Source: Octopus vulgaris (Eukaryota). Taken from it: DNA of 124,000 nt. Location of the stretch: NCBI GenBank assembly GCA_951406725.2, contig OX597823.1, positions 38,212,001 to 38,336,000 of the forward strand, in the 5' to 3' direction. Below are positions 85,308 to 101,050 of the stretch, one piece after another. Both the position numbers and the translations under genes were made by a program. Under the pieces are notes generated by a model. It saw only the letters and a program-made list of their open reading frames with translations, made no database searches and was not told the origin of the DNA. Position 1 is the first letter of the stretch. Every line of letters begins with the position of its first letter.

Positions 85308-88300
85308 TGACAGAGACAGAGAAAGACAGAGACAAAGAGAGAGACAGAGAGAGAGACAGAGACAGAGAGACAGATCCAATAACTTTCTTGGGAAGTTTCT
85401 ACAATGAGATAAGCAAAATTACTAAAACAATGATCCAGAAGTAAATAAATCTTAAAAGACTAAACCAATCCATTGCTATTATTTCTTTGTACTTGTTAAG
85501 AGAGCTGGAATTTAGAGATATACTGCTAAGGTGTATTAGCCAAGATGGTCTCAAGTATTACAGACATATGACTTCATGTAGTCTTCCTGTTGTTATTTTT
85601 TATATATATATTTTTTAATTTTTCTTTTAATTCCTCCTAACTGCATTCTCTATGAAAACTACAAGTGTTATTACAGTGTGATCACCACCACTATCACATT
85701 CCCCCCATCCTCACCACCATTACCATTATGACATTCATCGTGTTAGTGGTTGGAGGTTAGTTTATTAACATTTTTCATTTAAGTTTCTTCCCATGTTAAT
85801 TTTGTTTTCCCCTTAATAAATGCTATCCTACTACAATAAATTGTCAATAATAATATTCAGCTAAAAATATGGTTATAATATGGCCATTCAGTAATATAGA
85901 ATAGAAGTAATTTTTTTTGTCCTATGCCCAATCCCCAAATTTCAATACATAAGGACAGGTATGACTGTGTGGCTAAGAATATCAATATCACTTCTCAACT
86001 ACTTGGTTTCTGGTTCAGTCCTGCTTGGGTTGACCAAAGTGTAGTGAGAAAATTTGGGAAATGGAAAGCAAAAGAAGCCTGTCTTGTATGTATATATGTA
86101 TGTATGTGTGTGTGTGTGTATGTATGTGTGAGTGTTTGTGAAGGTGAGTGGCTTAGTGGTTAGAGCTATTCAGCTCACAATCAAAAGGCTGTGAGTTCAA
86201 TAAGCAAGACACTTTATTTCATGTTGCTCCAATCCACTCAGCTGACAAAAATGACAAATCATATTCTGTATCATACTGAAAACTACATTAAAGGTATGTG
86301 TGCCTGTGGAGTGCTCAGCCACATGCATGTTAATTTCATAAGCAGGCTGTTCCACCGATCAGATCAACTGGAACCTTTGTCGTGGTAACTGACAGAGTGC
86401 CAGATGATTGTTTGTCTCCTTATCTTGACATCACTCAGTGGTTACAAACAAGTAATGTCTCTTATTGCCAGTCTTTCATGGAAACATGTGATAATGAAGA
86501 TGGTTAGGATAGGTAAGAGCATTGGAGTACCCTAAATATAGTCAGAGTAAATGCTTTGTGATGTTTAACCCTAGCATCAACCCTTCTGGGTTTATATTAT
86601 ATGGTGAGTGACTTTGAATTTTGATCTTTTGAGGCTCTATGAAGTAAGAACTGTTTATGTATCAGGATTAATTCAACTCCATCCTTCTCTTCTTGACAAA
86701 ATTATGACTTGTGCCAAAGTTAAAAACCAATTTTATTATCTGGTTCATGTTTCAGATTTAAATTTTCTGTTTATTATTACATTTTCATGTTTTAATTTAA
86801 ATAATGTTATTTATTCTTTTCATTGCAACAATGGCATTGTTGAAATGAAAACAAATACTGTGTGATAAATAAGAGGATGACATATATCCCAAGAAATTCC
86901 ATTTACAATTTCTAGATTCATAAATTCTTATGATATATTGATAATATAATTAACTAATTAACTATTAGTTCCAAACCAATTCTTGACAATGTTGCGTGAT
87001 TATGTTATTTGTCTGCATTAAGATTTCCACAATACATGAGGTCTACTAATTTATAAAAGTGTTTATTTTTGTCTTTCACTGACATTTTTTGGTAAAATAA
87101 GACCATACACATTTGTCTGTGTTCTTGAAAATTAAGAAATTAACCCTCTATAAATTTATGTAGTATGACTGATTCCACTGAATTTAGGGATGTCATGTAA
87201 TTCTTTCTGATAATCTTTGAGATTGTCATTTGTAATAACCAGTAGTTCTATGTTATGTGCATTCTACGTGGATTATTTTACATACCAAAAATGTTTCCGA
87301 TTTTTTAAATCACCCTCGAAGAATGGAAGATAAAATGGAAACCAGGAATTGATCCTACAGCACAAAGAACTAACTAAAACTTCTACAGTCATGTCAATCT
87401 CTACAATCATGTATGCTACCAATATTTCATGACATTAAGATAGTGAGCTGACAGAATTGTTAGCGTACTGGGCAAAATGTTTAGCAGCATTTTGTCTGTC
87501 TTTACATCCTGAGCTCAAATTCCTCCAAGGTCGACTTTGCCTTTCATCCTTTCGGGGGTAGATGAAGAAAGTACCAGATGAACACTGAGTAGGGGGCCAA
87601 TGTAATCGACTTACCCTTCCCCTAAAATTGCTGGCTTTGTGCCAAAATTTGAAACCAATACTTCATGACATTCATTTTACAGGATTCTGGTTCTGCCAGT
87701 TTATTTTACCTTTCCTTTCCTTTTCTTAGACATTTGGTGTGATTTGTCATATGCTCTCAGTTTTCTGAATTTTTTTTTTTTTTGATAGGGAAGAGTCTTA
87801 ACAAATATTTTTTAATCTTATCAGTGATGCTTTTTATTTTATGACCCAGAATCAACCATGCCCGACAGAACAGCAGTTGATGTGTCTGGGAATGAAAATA
87901 AAGTTAAAGTTTAAAAAAAGTCACAATTTTGGTTATGAAATAAATTACAGAGAAAATATCACATTTCATATAAATACCATAAATGATAGAAGAGTTTAGC
88001 TTGTGTATGTTTAGCTTGTCTTTCTTGTCCTAAATTCTATATTCTCTATTAAATTGAGGAGAGAATGTACATCTTCTACACACAGATCTCAGAGTTCTAA
88101 TTAGAGTTAGGGCTTTTACAGTTGTTTGGGGAGCTAGGTAAACATCTAATTTAGACAATGGTGCTTAGGGAGCTAGATAAACACTTTTTCCAGACAATGT
88201 TGTTTGGGGAGCTAGATAAACATCCAATACCAGGCAATGGTGTTTAGAGAGTTAGACAAACTGATATCCTAGATTACACGTAAGTGTACATAAATTATCT

Positions 88301-88839
88301 TTAATTCAATTCAATACCCTAAATAAATCAACAAAATTAAAAAGTGTTATAAAATCAATTTATTGATTGAATTTGAATGATTTTTTTTTCCTGTGACACT
88401 TTTCTGCAATTTCTGTAACTTTTATTCTTAGGTCTGATATATATTGTATGATTGTAACAATGCTCATGATCTATTCTTAGTCTCAAATGTTGTTAGATTT
88501 CACAAATATTTCCTTTGTCTGAGCCATTTCATACCTTTGTGCTCTTTTTTTAATTAATGTCACTAATATACTAGGTTTCCTTCAATCAACAATAAATCTC
88601 TACTTACATTCAAAACCATTTTATTTAAATAACAGAAACCATTATTCATTCATTTGGTAGACCCCTAAAATATTGATTTCCCAAATCTCTCTCAATATAA
88701 AATTCTTTGTTTGTCTGTGTCTTCCCTAATCATTCTCAAACAGCTCCACCAAATCAAATTTTATAGGTGTCAACAGGTAATTTTTATTTTCATTTGGATT
88801 TAAACAATATAATATTTTCTCAAAAATGATCTTTCTGTA

Positions 88840-90350
88840 GTAAAGGACATTTTATACCACGATGATGATGACATATATTTCGTATATGAGTGTGTATGTG
88901 TCTGTCAGTGTATGCATGTTTGTTATGTACAAGATAGTAAAGGATGTTTTATACCCTGATGACGACAATAACAACACATTTTGTATATGAGTGTGTATGT
89001 GTCTCTCAATGTGTGTCTATTTGTGCATTCGTTACGTATGACATAGTAATGGGTATTTTATACCACCACCACCACCACCACCACCACCACCACCATGACA
89101 CATTTTGTATATGAGTGTGTATGTGTTTGCTCATTCATTAAGTACAGGATAATAAAGGACATTTTATACCATGACAATATCGATGACACATTTTATATAT
89201 GAGTGTGTATATGTTTGTCAGTGTGTGTGTGTTTGTGTGTTCATTATGTACGACATAGCAAAGGATATTTTATGTCACCACCACCACCACCACCACCACA
89301 CATTTTGTACATGAGTGTATATATGTCTGTGAGTGTGTGTGTTTGCATGTTCATTACATACAATGACATAGTAAAGGACATTTCATACCATGACGACGAC
89401 GATGACACATTCTGTATATGAATGTGTGCGTGTCTGTGAGTGTGTGTGTTTGCACATTTGTTACATAAATGTATGTCTGTGTGTGTCTGTCTTACTATAT
89501 GCATGTGAGTGTATGTGAGAGTGCATGTGTGTGTCAGTGTATGTGAGAGTGTATGTGTGTGTCAGTGTATGTGTGATTGTCAATTACACTGATGTAAGCT
89601 GGCTATGTGAAAGAGCTATACTGGCTCCAACTAATGAAATGGTTGATAAGCTCAATCACGAACTTCAAAAGTTAACAGACACTTCAGAAATTACTTTTCC
89701 ATCAATTCACACAATAGTCAATCAAAATTAGACTGTTGAAGACCCTGTTGAATTTCTGGACACACTTAAACCCACTGAGCTGCCACCACATAACTTGGCA
89801 CTAAACTGGATGCTCCCATTATATTGCTTAGGAATCTTGACCCACCTTGCCTGTGTAATGGAACTCACATAATTGTTACTTCCATGTCCAACAGGCAACA
89901 ATCATAACAGGTAATCACAAAGAAGAAAATGTATTTATTCCAAAATTTCCTCTTATACCCATTTAAGAGGCTTCAGCTTCCAGTCAAACTAAGTTTTGGT
90001 ATTTCAATTAACAAATCTCAGGGTCAATCCCTCAAGGTAGTTGGACTTCATCTCTCTACTACATGCTTCTCCCATAGTTGCTCATGATTTGGAAGCAGCA
90101 ACAGTTTATTCATTTCGATACCAACAAAAAATTACACAATGAATATTGTTCATCTGAGGTGCTTCAAGATTGACAGACTTTCAATTCTAAATCCTATTAT
90201 CATTACAATTTAGATATTTTAAAATAATTTTTTAAATAAAATATAGATATTTTGAAATGATGATGAGAAAAGTATATCTTCATATTTATTGTTCACCAAT
90301 CTGAATAAGAACAGCAGTAACCCAGGCAATGTCAGGTAATTCAGGAAATC
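88840..90350 (+). mobile_element. Non-autonomous Helitron: about 120-bp tandem repeats plus PIF1 helicase C-terminus
   Basis: WLCERAILAPTNEMVDKLN...LPPHNL...LLRNLDPP.LCNGT...ISINKSQGQSLKVVGL. Decayed 3' hairpin ACCCAGGCAATGTCAGGT at about 90320. Confidence 0.8.
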
Positions 90351-91403
90351 ATAAATTTTCTTATCTCAGTTACTATCTTTAATCTATACCCTATTTTATA
90401 TGATAACATATCTATTCATTCTCAATATGTTCTGACAGATTCAAACAAGAATAACTTGATTGCTGTTATTTTCATCATTGGAAAACATCTCCATTTAGAT
90501 GATGTCTTTTCAAAACTATGTGTGATTCACTATTATAATGGAAATTTGGGATGCCACTGTGTTTCAACCTTATTGTGTGTCTCCTCAGTCAAAGGTACTC
90601 CACTCGACCAATGAATCTGACAAGAGTACAGGTCTCTTGTTTATAGAAATCAACAAACAAGTTTGCTTCAGCAAAGAATTTGTTCGCTGATTCCTTTAAA
90701 CAAGAGCTTATACTCATCTGGTTCATTGATTTGGGGATAGCTTTTGACTGAGGAGACACAAAATATGGCTGAAGCACTAGTGTCTCAAACTCCACAAACA
90801 GTGGTGAATCACATATGTTATGAACACACATTATATAAAGGGAGGAGATGTTACCTAATGACAAAAAAAATTAAGATGTTAGCAATCAGATATTTACCAT
90901 TTGAATTTTTCAGGACATGTTGAGAATGAATAAATATATTATTGCAGAGTTCTGTGTGCTCCTTGTCAACTATTTTATATGATGCCTTAGAAGCAAGGTC
91001 TTTTCCTGTTTTACCTCAGAGGTTCATTCCTTAGAATGGATGCAATATAGGCAAATAGCCAAAAAGTTCATTTTGCAATCATGAGATTAGGGGTTTAATC
91101 CCACTGAGTAGCACCTTTGGCAAGTGTTTTACCTGGGTCAAAGAAAACCTTGTGAGTGAAAGTAGGTTGATGAAAACTATATTAAACCCCAAAGAAGTGA
91201 TTGTAAATATAATTCAAAGGTACATATTTGTCATACACTGATTCTGTCTAAGGAAAATGTTAAGTGTACATGGATCCATGGAACATTTAGCTAATCCAAT
91301 GAACAAATGAATCAGTTGAGCAAACAAGTGAAATCTCATTGTTGGAACCAATGCTGAACGATTTTGCACATTTCTACACATTTTAGTTCTAGAAATGGTT
91401 TAA

Positions 91404-91623
91404 CCCTTTAGTGTTTAAACCGGCCATATCCAGCCCAAATATTCTACATGTTTTATATTCAAACTGGTGATATCTAACCGCTCACACCTAACCTACATTG
91501 ACATTCTAAAAATAAACAATCACATCATTGAAACCCCAAAGCTATCAGATAATGCTTGATTAATTCAAAACAATTTGAGTGAAAAAGCATTACATTTAAC
91601 AGAGTAATCTGAATACTAAAGGG
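91404..91623 (+). mobile_element. piggyBac-type MITE
   Basis: TTAA|CCCTTTTAG...CTAAAGGG|TTAA. Copies at 98496-98716 and 117063-117283 (reverse). Confidence 0.75.
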
Positions 91624-92235
91624 TTAAAGCTCACACACAACAATATAGCAGACAGAACATGAATTTGTCCTCACTAGTTTGATGTAAAACTCCATAATGA
91701 TATTTAAAATGTCTTAGTTGTTTAATCAATTTGATACCAGCCTCATTAGTACCGTCTCTGGTTTTATGATAAAAACTTCCTGTTTTAAAGTCATCTCAGT
91801 TAAAACCTTCCATGAAAATTTCATACTATGCCTCAAGCACTAGTTTGCTAATGACAAAGTTATCTAATTAAATTCTTCATTAATTAAAAAAAGTAATTTC
91901 CATAGAACTATTGTAACAAAAGGGTTAATTCACTGCACCAAAACAAAAATTAGTCATAAGACACCTACTTCTGGTATCTACTGAACATCTATATCTAACA
92001 CAGACAATATGATTTGTGTCTGACTTATTTCGATACTTAATTCATATCTTATTTGTTTTTATTTCATTTTATATGCAGTTTCTGCATCAAATTGATTAAA
92101 TACTTGGCAACAACTAACTGGATGGGCTGGAACAGTTTAAAACATCTTTTCTGTAATGTTTTCATATTTGGACATAAAAAACGACTGCTTTGACTCTAAC
92201 ATGTCTAAAGGAGGGTGTGGAGGCAAATTACATAT

Positions 92236-92276
<41 letters not shown>

Positions 92277-92697
92277 GAATGTTTGGGATAAATTTGAGGA
92301 GTTTTTTATGTCTCCTTTTTTCAGAAATAGCTTCATGTATTGGTGAGTAGTCAATGGTGTTGGAGAGCATAACGCCTAAAGTTGTAGTCGAGAAAAAGTT
92401 AGCTGACTTAAAGGACTGGAAGACATTTGAATATTGGGAAAGAGTTACTTGTATCATAATGCTGGCATTATGACTGTTGCTCAATGTTCTGTATACGCTG
92501 TAAGATGTGACATGGACATCATGAAAACTGTAACAGTCACTGTGTGTCTCTAGTGAGAGTGATAGCATGCTGTCCCACATCTTTGAACAGCTCAGTTTAG
92601 GCAAGTATATGATATCTGCTGGAGACTGTGTGCAATGCCTTGTTGAACAGGATTGCTGCTAGAAGGCCATAAATGTGGCAGCAGGATCTGGTTTCTT

Positions 92698-92929
92698 ATT
92701 TCTTTACTGCTCACAAGGGGCTGCACACAGAGGGGACAAACAGGAACAGACAAATGGATTAAGACGATTATATCGACCCCAGTGTGTAACTGGTACTTAT
92801 TTAATCGACCCCAAAAGGATGAAAGGTAAAGTCTATCCGGGCGGAATTTGAACTCAGAACGTAGCGGCAGACGAAATACTGCTAAGCATTTCGCCCAACA
92901 TGCTAACGTTTTTGTCAGCTTGCTGCCTT
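92698..92929 (-). mobile_element. SINE family B with a 48-bp flanking duplication
   Basis: 92650-92697 is repeated at 92930-92977 with one mismatch. Confidence 0.8.
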
Positions 92930-92979
92930 GGATTGCTGCTAGAAGGCCATATATGTGGCAGCAGGATCTGGTTTCTTGC

Positions 92980-93290
92980 TCTACCTTTGGAAATAGTCAA
93001 AGTGGTTGTTAGAAAATTTCTATGACTTCAATAGCTCCAATTTCTGGCTTCCTAATTCCCTTGATTGTAATCCCATGGAATACTATGTGTTAGATGCAAT
93101 TTGAGAAAGACACCAACTGCTCTACTTACAGCACCAAGGCTGAGCTGGTAGCCAAGATCAAGGAAGTGCTTCAAGTTCTTCTTAGGAATGCAGTGAAGAA
93201 TGCCTGCACTAGGTTTGGAGCCATCTTGAGGACGTGGTGGAAACTGAGGGTGGCTACATTGAGTAAACTGTTATCTTCCTGCCATAACCT
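92980..93290 (+). mobile_element. maT/Tc1-type transposase 3' fragment
   Basis: WLLENFYDF...WLPNSLDCNPMEYYV...AVKNACTRF. Confidence 0.6.
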
Positions 93291-94526
93291 TGAATAAAGT
93301 GGCATAAGATTGTCAATAAAGTTGTATAGGATTGTCAACCTTTGGATTAGAATGTGTACTACAACTGGTTTAATAATAATTGACTAAATGCATCAGAATA
93401 TGATATTAAAGGACCCAGCAGAAACATGTGTTGAAATATAATATGAAAAAAATTTAATTTTTTTAAAGTGAATTTTAAAGATGTGTAGCTCTCTATTCTT
93501 CATTATTATTGTCTTGATATAAGACAGTGAGTGAGTAGAATCGTTAGCATGCCAGGCAAAATGCTTAGTGGCATTTCAGTATATATATATATATATAAAC
93601 CATCTTCTGCAAGTTCTTTCATTCAAGCATTCTTTCCCATAAACTGAGTATATGTTTTGAGTCGCTTCAGCTGCAGAGTTTCCTTTTTTGTACTCATAAA
93701 GCATTATGTACCTCAAATGCTCTTTGGATACTTTCATGTTAGAAAGGGTTTTATTCAAAGACATTTTAATTCTATTATTCTGTAAAATAATATTTCATTA
93801 ATTTAAATGTACACAAATGCATAAAAATAATTTTTAATTCCATTAGACATTCTAAAATACTATTAAATTTCATTCAATTTTTAAAAAAGGTAAAATCAGA
93901 CAGAAGTTATGGGATGACCTGATATATAGAGAGAGATACATTGGTGGCAAAATATAAAGTTATTATTTCTTGAAGCATATTATATTTTTTCTATTATAAT
94001 TTATAGAAAACTTTTTCTTTGGGACATAGATTCTGAAAGCCTAACTTGTTTCTCTCGAGGATGCAACGTTTCAGAGTTTTTCTGGGGTAAACTCATGTAC
94101 GTAACTACATACATTTGCATTTATATAGTAGAATATAGCCACACACATACTCATACATACACGTTTGTGTTTGCGTGTGTGTGTGTGTATGCACATATAG
94201 GGGTCACACCTTTGGTCATGAATGACCATGGAACAGCACCTAGAAAGTAACCCTCTGAGGCACAGGTCCGAGCAAGATTGTTTATGGAAGACCAGTGGTC
94301 AGTTATGCATACCAGCCTCTCCACTCCATGCCACCGATGTTATCCAAGGGAAAGGCAAAGGCCAATATAGCTTGGCACCAGTGATGTCACAACTCATTTC
94401 TATGGCTGAGTGAACTGGAGCAACATGAAATAAAGTGTCTTGCTCAAGAACACAACATGCAGCATGACCTGGGAATCAAACTCACAACCTCACAATCGTA
94501 AGCTCGAAGCTATAACCACTGAACCA

Positions 94527-94568
<42 letters not shown>

Positions 94569-95168
94569 TCCACCTATCCATCCAGCTGTACATACATACA
94601 TACATACACACATGCATACATACATACATACATACATACATACATACATACATACATACATACATACATAAACATATATATATATCATCATCATCATCAT
94701 CATCATCATCATCGTTTAACGTCCGTTTTCCGCGCTAGCACGGGTTGGACGGTTCGACCGGGGTCTGGGAAGCCAGAGGCTGCACCAGGCTCCAGTCTGA
94801 TCTGGCAGAGTTTCTACAGCTGGATGCCCTTCCAAACGCCAACCACTCCATGAGTGTAGTGGGTGCTTTTTACGTGCCACCTGCACAGGTGCCAGGGGGG
94901 TCCGGCATCGGCCACAATCGGTTGGAACTTTTAACGTGCTACCGGCACGGAAGCCAGCCAAGGCGGTGCTGGCAACGGCCACGTTTGGATGGTGCTTTTT
95001 ATGTGCCACCAGCACAGAAGCCAGTCGGGGCGGTGCTGGCATCGGCCACATTCGGATGGTGCTTTTTATGTGCTACCGGCACATATATATATACACACAC
95101 ACATACATAGAGAGATAGAGGAATGGAGAGTCAAGCTTTCAAATGTTTAAATTCAATACATGTATTTA

Positions 95169-95207
<39 letters not shown>

Positions 95208-98200
95208 TAGATATGTTGTAAAGACATTTCATAGAGATAAAACAACAGTTTAGCTCATACAAAAATGTGAAAAATGTGTCTATTTTTTAAGGAAAGATCA
95301 ATCACAAATGTTGTTTGTTATGAAAATAATGGAAAAGCTCTCAAGGGAAACTTCAACAACAAATAGCTGCATCATTATGTACATGTCATTCTGCATAGGT
95401 GAGTTATTGTGAGAAGTATAGAGTTCTTTTCATAGTCAAACAATTCTACAATTCATGCAGACACACACATATCCACAAAAAAAAAATGGTTTGAAAAATA
95501 TATAAAATCCAAACACACCACACCCAAAACATGGCACTGCATTAGTAACAGAGCTAAGTGCATACACAGAGTGATATATTTCTATTTTTATAGAAATACG
95601 GGTTTTTTCTCTCAGACAATGTTGAAAGCTGCTTAGCATAGGTCAAAGACTGATGGTTAGATTTGTTTTGTAATGAAAGTTAGCAAGATTTTAAGATATT
95701 CCCTAAATACATCAACTGGCACTTGACTCTTGAAGCTGAAATTTTAGATTATAACATCTTAATAAATACCCTGGCACAGATATCGAATATTCTCCTTCTT
95801 ATCTACTATATTACCACAATTATACATATATATCTTTTATCTTTTGTCTTTATATATATATAATTTTTTGTCTTTTATCTGTTTCAATTATTAGATTGAG
95901 GTCATGCTGGGGCACTACCTTGAAGAATTTTTAGTCGAATGGATTGACCTCAGTACTTATTTTTAAGTCTGGTACTTATTCTATTGTCTCTTTTTGTCGA
96001 ACTGCAAAGTTACAGGGATGTAAATAAACCAAGCGGTGATGGGGGACAAACACAGACACAAAGACACTTCCCCCACACACATACACACAACCACACACAT
96101 ATGATGGGCTTCTTTCAGTTTCTGTCCACCAAATCCAGTCACAAGGCTTTGGTTGGTCTGAGACTATAGTAGAAGACACTTGCCCAAGGTGCCTCACCAC
96201 TGGACTGAACCTGGAACCATGTGGTTGGGAAGCAATGATTCTAATTACACATCCATGCCTAGACCTATATAAATATACATATGCATACACACACACACAC
96301 ACAGATACACATATATATTCTCTTTCATTTAGTTCTCCATTAGTTTTGTCCAGAAGCTGTGGCCATGCTGGGGCATTGCCATCAGCATTAATGCTTGTTT
96401 ATTTTGGCCTTTTTTTCCGGACCTAGCTCTGGAATTGGCCCTGAAGTAGTGATCTGGACAGAGCTGCCCATCTTTACATTTCTTGCTGTGATAGGGGTTT
96501 TTGAGGTATCTCAAAAAAGAATTTGTCTAAATGTTCTATGAACACATCCTGTCTATTTCTTGTATATCTCTGAGGTCTTTTAGTATTGAAAAGTTGCAGT
96601 CCTTTGAACTGTAAGCTGTTAGAATATATGCTGGATTGAGAGGGTGAGATTTTTGGTACTATGCAGTGACATCCAGTCTGGTTATTGGTATAGATTTCAA
96701 TTCCAAAGTTGGATGCTACACCTTGTAGGACCTTCCGTGGATATATAACTGCATATCTTTCACTTTCTATTTCTAGGGAGTAGAACCTCAGTCCTTTTAG
96801 CCTGCTCCAAGTAACTCACCTGTTGCCACAAGGCAATCTTCTTGGTGTTGTGGCATTGATTGCCTTAAGTTCTGCTTCTGAAGTTAGGTTAATGCTTACA
96901 CCACCACACCCACCATCATCATTTAATGTCCTTTTTCCATGCTGGCATGAGTTGCATGATTTGTCAGGAGCTGGCAAGTGGGCCACCCTTCCTAACACCA
97001 ACCACTTTACAGAGTATACTGGGTACTTTTAACATGGCATCAGCACCAGTATCGGTTCTGCTGTGGTAAATGGGTCTTCTTGAGTACAGCAACTTACTAG
97101 GTATCTTGGTCCTTTGCCATCTTCATAAGGCTCAGTGTCTTGAGATTGGCCTTCAGTACTTTATCCCATATCTTCCTGGGTCCCTTCTTTCACAAGTTCC
97201 ATCTTTCACAAGTTCCACTTTAAGTGATAAAGTCTTCTGTATGCAACTGCTTACATCCATACGCATCCTTTATTGCTGAGCATTTTCTCTCAGATATCCA
97301 GTTCTTGGGTGCAGTCTGTCTAAGAGTGTCTTAATTTCAAGGCTGCTCTATCAAATCAATTCTGGTACTTATAGTGAAGCAGGATATGCATGCAACTTGA
97401 GGTCCCTCTAATATGCCTCACTATTTTGTGATATTTAGTGGCATCTAAGAGCTAACATCATTGGTGATCCTCAATTTTCAATCACATGATATTTATACAT
97501 TTGAGAACTCTAATATTTTGATGTTATTTTGAAAAATACTTTCTGAAATTTTGAAAGATACTTTCTGTCCAACAGACAACAGGTGGTATGGAATAAACAA
97601 GTGAGAGCAAAATCTCCTTTCTAACATATTTTCTGGTGTTTATGAAACTAATTAAATATAAGTCTATGGGTCCAATATGCATCCAAGTTGTTTCATGATT
97701 ATTCATTTGTTGGAAAAATGAGTTTGTAACAGAAAAGTCAAGTTCATTATAAAAAGACAGCAGATGCTGTACATTGTTAATCAATCTAACCACACCATGT
97801 TTGCCAATCACATCAGACTGATTCTCATAACTAGAACCTAGTTTAATACAGAGGTATTAAAGCCACCAAGCAGTAGGAACTTTGTTATTAGGTGGGTTTT
97901 TTTTTTGTGTATGTGTGAAACGACAAACAGTAAACTACCATTAAAAAAATGTCTACATTGAATAAACTGAGTTTTCCACCCTCAGATCTAACTTCTATGT
98001 CACAATAAATAACTTTTATGTCACAATAAATTTTCTACCTCACCTTATCCAGTAGAACATGTAGATTTCTAGTATTTCTCCTTCTTTGACTGCCAAGAAA
98101 ACAAGTTTCACTGAGAGCAGCATTATTAATACTATATTTGATTAAGACTTGTGAGACAAGAGTCTTCTTCCTCTCAAACCAGAAAGCATCATCTTAAAGA

Positions 98201-98495
98201 GTTGGCATATTCCAAGACCCAACATTCAATTGCTTCTAGCAGTTTACTTAGAATCTTTTAGAGTATTTCATCATCGTCGTTATTGCTGTCGCTGTCATCG
98301 TTGTTGTCACTATCACCATCACTGTTGGTGATGGCAGTACTGTCACTGTTGCTGTTGCTTGTCGCTATTGCTGTTGCCATTGTTATCACCGTTGCTATTG
98401 CTATTGCTGTCGCCATCTCTATTGCTGTTGCCACTGCTACCCCCTCTGCTGCTGCCTTTGCTGCTCTTGTCATCGTCATCATCATCATCATTTAA

Positions 98496-98716
98496 CCCTT
98501 TAGCATTTAAACCGGCCATATCCGGGCAAAAGTATTCTACCTGTTTTATGTTCAAACTTACCAGATCTGGTCTCTCACACCAACCCTACAATATCGTTTT
98601 AAAAATTAACAGCTACCTCATCAAAATCTCATAGCTACAAGATAATGCATGATTAATTCAAAACAATGTGGATAAAAAAGCATTAGTTCTGGCAGAATAA
98701 TGTGAACACTAAAGGG
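98496..98716 (+). mobile_element. piggyBac-type MITE
   Basis: TTAA|CCCTTTAG...CTAAAGGG|TTAA. Confidence 0.75.
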
Positions 98717-99582
98717 TTAAAGTCTGCTTTTCATGCTGGCATGGGTAGGATGGTTCAACAGGATCTAGTGAACTAAAGGACTGCATCAAGCTCCCATGTC
98801 TGCTTTGGTATTTCAACTGCGGGATGCCCTTTCTAACATCAACTGCTTTACAGTGTATATCAGTGTATGTATGTCAGGGTAGTGGATGCGCGGTCATAGG
98901 ATCGTGGTTTTGATTCCAGGCATTGTGAGTGTTTATTGAGCAAAAAGACCTAAAGCTCCATGCATGTGTGTGTGTGTATACAGTAAGATAATAAAATGGT
99001 TAGAATGCAGCAGCAAGAATTTTGGAGAAAGTGTAATTTGAGAAGATGTAATTGATGTTGTTGTTGTTGTTAAGCAACAAGATGGGTAAGGGTGATTAGG
99101 TGATGGTCTAGGGCTTAGGGGCGGGAGACCCCAGACCTTGGAAAAAAAACTTTGGTTGTCTTGTTGTAGTTGAGGGGGCTCTTTGTTGACACCCGACATC
99201 ACTGGGAGGTGTCCCTCGAAGTTGCTAGAAATGGAGATCTCCAGGTCCAAATTCTTGAACGGCAGATGTAATTGATGGAGCACAATGTCTCATGTGCAAG
99301 CTTTCTACGTATGTATCTATCTTTCTATCTATCTATCTATACACATACATACATATATATTCTTTTATTCTTTTACTTGTTTCAGTCATTTGACTGTGGC
99401 CATGCTGGAGCACTGCCTTTAGTTGAACAGATTGACCCCAGGACTTATTCTTTATAAGCCTAGTACTTATTCTATCAGTCTCCATTACCGAACTGCTAAG
99501 TTACAGAGACTTAAACACAGTCAAGCAATAGTGGGGGTAGGGTACAAACACAGACACAAAGACACACACATAAACATATATA

Positions 99583-99749
<167 letters not shown>

Positions 99750-101050
99750 ACAGGCTTCTTTCAGTTTCCATCAGCCAAATCCACCCACAAGGCTTTGGCT
99801 GGCCTGAAGCTATAGTAGAAAACACTTGCCCAAAGTGCCATGCAGTATACAGTAGGTACAAATGAAAGAAAATTGCTCTCAACACATGGGAATTAAAAGT
99901 AGTTATTTGCAGGTTGACTTTACTCCTCATTATTTAGAGTTTCATAGACACAGATCAATACTGAAGCTCTCAGATGCTTAACGACAAGGTGAGAATATAT
100001 AAAAATGGCTTCTAAATGGGAATAAATAGGGTCCAACACAGATCACTCTAGCTTATGTGAATAAATCGGCAATACAGCAACAGATAATCCTGTTTGTGGT
100101 TCCATGTGATAGGGAGAACAGTCTAATAATGCCAACCACTTGACAACCTATGGGTATTTCCAACTTAATGACTTTGGTTAAGAATGAGATGTATGTCTGC
100201 TGTTCTATATAGCAGAGTTTTTTTATCTTTGTATGTTAGATATATAATGTATTGAAACTGGTGGGGAAAGAAAGTACTTACATGATGCAATACTATTACT
100301 ATTACACCAGACTCAACACTCTGAACCATGGCACACAGTGAACTGCTTACCAACTTGAACTGCCAATTGCTCACAGTTCTTTAATTTATAACAATGAGTC
100401 AGTCCACCTTTAGTCACTTGAGGGATGATCAGAATCCTTCCATAACACAAAGTAACAAGTCAGGTGTTGTCAGGTTATTTATAAGTGTATAAGAAATGTT
100501 ACATGAAAATTTAGGCCTGCTGTGTCGGGTTACTGGATGATGCTTCTGTGACTAGGTTTTAGGTCTGGTAGGCCACTATGATGGTCAGCAGAAAGGGGAC
100601 TAATCTCACTATGAGCAAGCAGGACTTCTTTACAATGCAATTTGATAAGGGCCAGCTAGATTTATGATGATTTTTCTGCTTTATCAGCAGCCAATAGTTT
100701 ACATGGCAACAATTTAATAGATTAGTTTTCTTGATGATGAATAGTGTTGGCAGCTGCAGTATATGCAGTTCCTCACAGAGCTAGAGATGGTTATTAGAAG
100801 CTTCAAGTGAGGAAGGCAGCTCTCTGTCAAGGTGTTCTATGTAATTTTGGAGAAGTCATTTTCAAGGAGTTTCTAGATGAAGGAAAGATGGAATTTTCCC
100901 TATCCCTGTATCAGAAGGAGTGCCTATGTAGTGTAAATCTTCCTTTGAAATTACTAGCTGTTATGCTTGGAAATTTTGTTATAATATCATCAGATTGTGT
101001 GAGGATATTTCTTTGTATCATGATCTTTGAATAGTAGGATGCTCATGGTG

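Noticed and set aside
88840-89420. Regularly spaced ~120-bp repeats, superficially array-like
   Set aside because: Whole units are degenerate copies with no unique spacers and no cas genes. They are Helitron-internal minisatellites, not CRISPR.
100100-101040. Possible very old LINE remnant on the minus strand
   Set aside because: No diagnostic motif could be read with confidence.
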